A stretch of 45,086 bases of DNA from an uncultured Mollicutes bacterium (lineage in GTDB: Bacteria > Bacillota_I > Bacilli_A > RFN20 > CAG-826). Made by a program: the position numbers and the translations under genes. Where the stretch lies: the NCBI GenBank assembly GCA_900549975.1, contig URQK01000002.1:1-45086 (forward strand), in the 5' to 3' direction. Shown piece after piece: positions 44,317-45,086 of this stretch (positions are counted from its first letter, which is position 1; each line of letters opens with the position of its first letter). The notes under the pieces were generated by a model. The model saw nothing but the letters and a program-made list of their open reading frames with translations. It was not told the DNA's origin and made no database searches.

Positions 44317-45086
44317 ATTGTCCACTGATGCAAAGAAGTCAATGAATGATCGTATTGTTACTGCTTTAATATTAGTATTAGTTTGTGCCCCATGTTTATT
44401 TATAGGTGGATGGTTTTTTGCTATTTTAGTATTTGTAGCAACATTTTTTGCTTGCCATGAATTTATTAATGCCACCAAAAATAAATCTTATAGTTTGTTC
44501 TTACATGTTTTTGTTCATGTAGTGACATATTCTTTTATTTTCTGGACATTAATTAAAAACAATTTAATTGATTTTGGTTGGGAAATAGAACATTGGTCAT
44601 TTGTTAATGCGTTTAATGCCAATAAATCGATAAATGTTTCGGTTATTGGTATTGCTGTAGGATTTTTAGTATTATTTTTCTTAACGCTTAATCATGAAAA
44701 ATTTAATGTTTCAGATGCCACATACTTATGTACAATGATGGTATTTATGGGACTAGCAATTCAATCTTTCCTTTATTTACGATTTCGCCCTGCTTGTGGA
44801 GTGGAACCAGGGTTCTTTGATATCGAAAATTCAACTCTATTAGTTTATGTTATTTTAGGAACTTTCTTATCTGATGCTGGAGCATATTTCTTTGGAATAT
44901 TATTTGGAAGAAATAAAATGAATGAAAGAATATCTCCTAAAAAGACTTGGGAAGGATTCGTTGGAGGAGTTATAACTTCCACTGTATTAAGTTTCTTATT
45001 TGCTTTCTTATTAGCGTATTATAAGCATCCAATTTTAAAAGATATTTTTGATTATGAACATTGGTATAACATTTTGATTGTATCTC
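44309..45086 (+). CDS. cdsA: phosphatidate cytidylyltransferase, 3'-truncated by window edge
   Basis: ATG 44309 overlaps the uppS stop by 8 nt. Open to the window end. Polytopic, with signature SDAGAYFFGILFGRNKMNERISPKKTWEG. Confidence 0.88.
   Translation, partial: MNKLSTDAKKSMNDRIVTALILVLVCAPCLFIGGWFFAILVFVATFFACHEFINATKNKSYSLFLHVFVHVVTYSFIFWTLIKNNLIDFGWEIEHWSFVNAFNANKSINVSVIGIAVGFLVLFFLTLNHEKFNVSDATYLCTMMVFMGLAIQSFLYLRFRPACGVEPGFFDIENSTLLVYVILGTFLSDAGAYFFGILFGRNKMNERISPKKTWEGFVGGVITSTVLSFLFAFLLAYYKHPILKDIFDYEHWYNILIVS

Noticed and set aside
1-45086. Mycoplasma-type genetic code (UGA = Trp)
   Set aside because: TGA terminates clear genes (for example 15914-15916, 28874-28876, 39107-39109), and all conserved Trp positions are TGG. 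The standard code 11 fits.
1-45086. CRISPR arrays, tRNA/rRNA genes, IS elements, prophage, toxin-antitoxin or known defence-system genes
   Set aside because: No spaced direct-repeat array, no tRNA-like cloverleaf other than the tmRNA, and no transposase, integrase or phage motifs were seen on either strand.

Overview
This is a visibly AT-rich (roughly 30% G+C by eye, not computed), very gene-dense chromosomal segment. It looks like a low-GC Firmicutes or Mollicutes-like anaerobe using the standard genetic code: TGA ends several clear genes and Trp is TGG. Of 45 called genes, 44 are on the + strand; only pepT is on the - strand.

Content, in order:
(i) 1-8.7 kb is an accessory surface locus. 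It holds the 3' end of an AgrC-type histidine kinase, an Ig-like/CBM-like lipoprotein, a domain-permuted GH3 glycosidase clamped between two TM helices with a long cytoplasmic tail, a 44-codon ORF missing from the track, and a secreted protein made of four ~135-aa repeats.
(ii) nrdD-nrdG-dut, a lipoprotein, and tmRNA (ssrA).
(iii) A small N/K/Q-rich ORF and a TetR-centred membrane/methyltransferase cluster.
(iv) argS, gap, galE, two tandem SHOCT membrane paralogues, plsC and a DAG/lipid kinase.
(v) A CDF-like transporter preceded by a promoter, nested-hairpin leader and terminator; then a lipoprotein whose C-terminus is a barnase-family RNase, a purine permease, a TVP38/DedA protein and pepT.
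(vi) A Bacillus-like conserved string: rplS-lepB-[orphan]-rbgA-rnhB-dprA-topA-trmFO-xerC-[two small genes]-rpsB-tsf-pyrH-frr-uppS-cdsA.

I saw no rRNA, tRNA, CRISPR, IS/transposase, integrase, or recognisable defence or toxin-antitoxin genes. I did not find a clear-cut new multi-gene system. The best candidates for something undescribed are the structured leader in front of the CDF gene, the surface RNase plus nucleobase permease pair with no barstar, and the GH3/repeat-protein surface locus. All homology statements rest on motifs recognised by eye, not on database searches.
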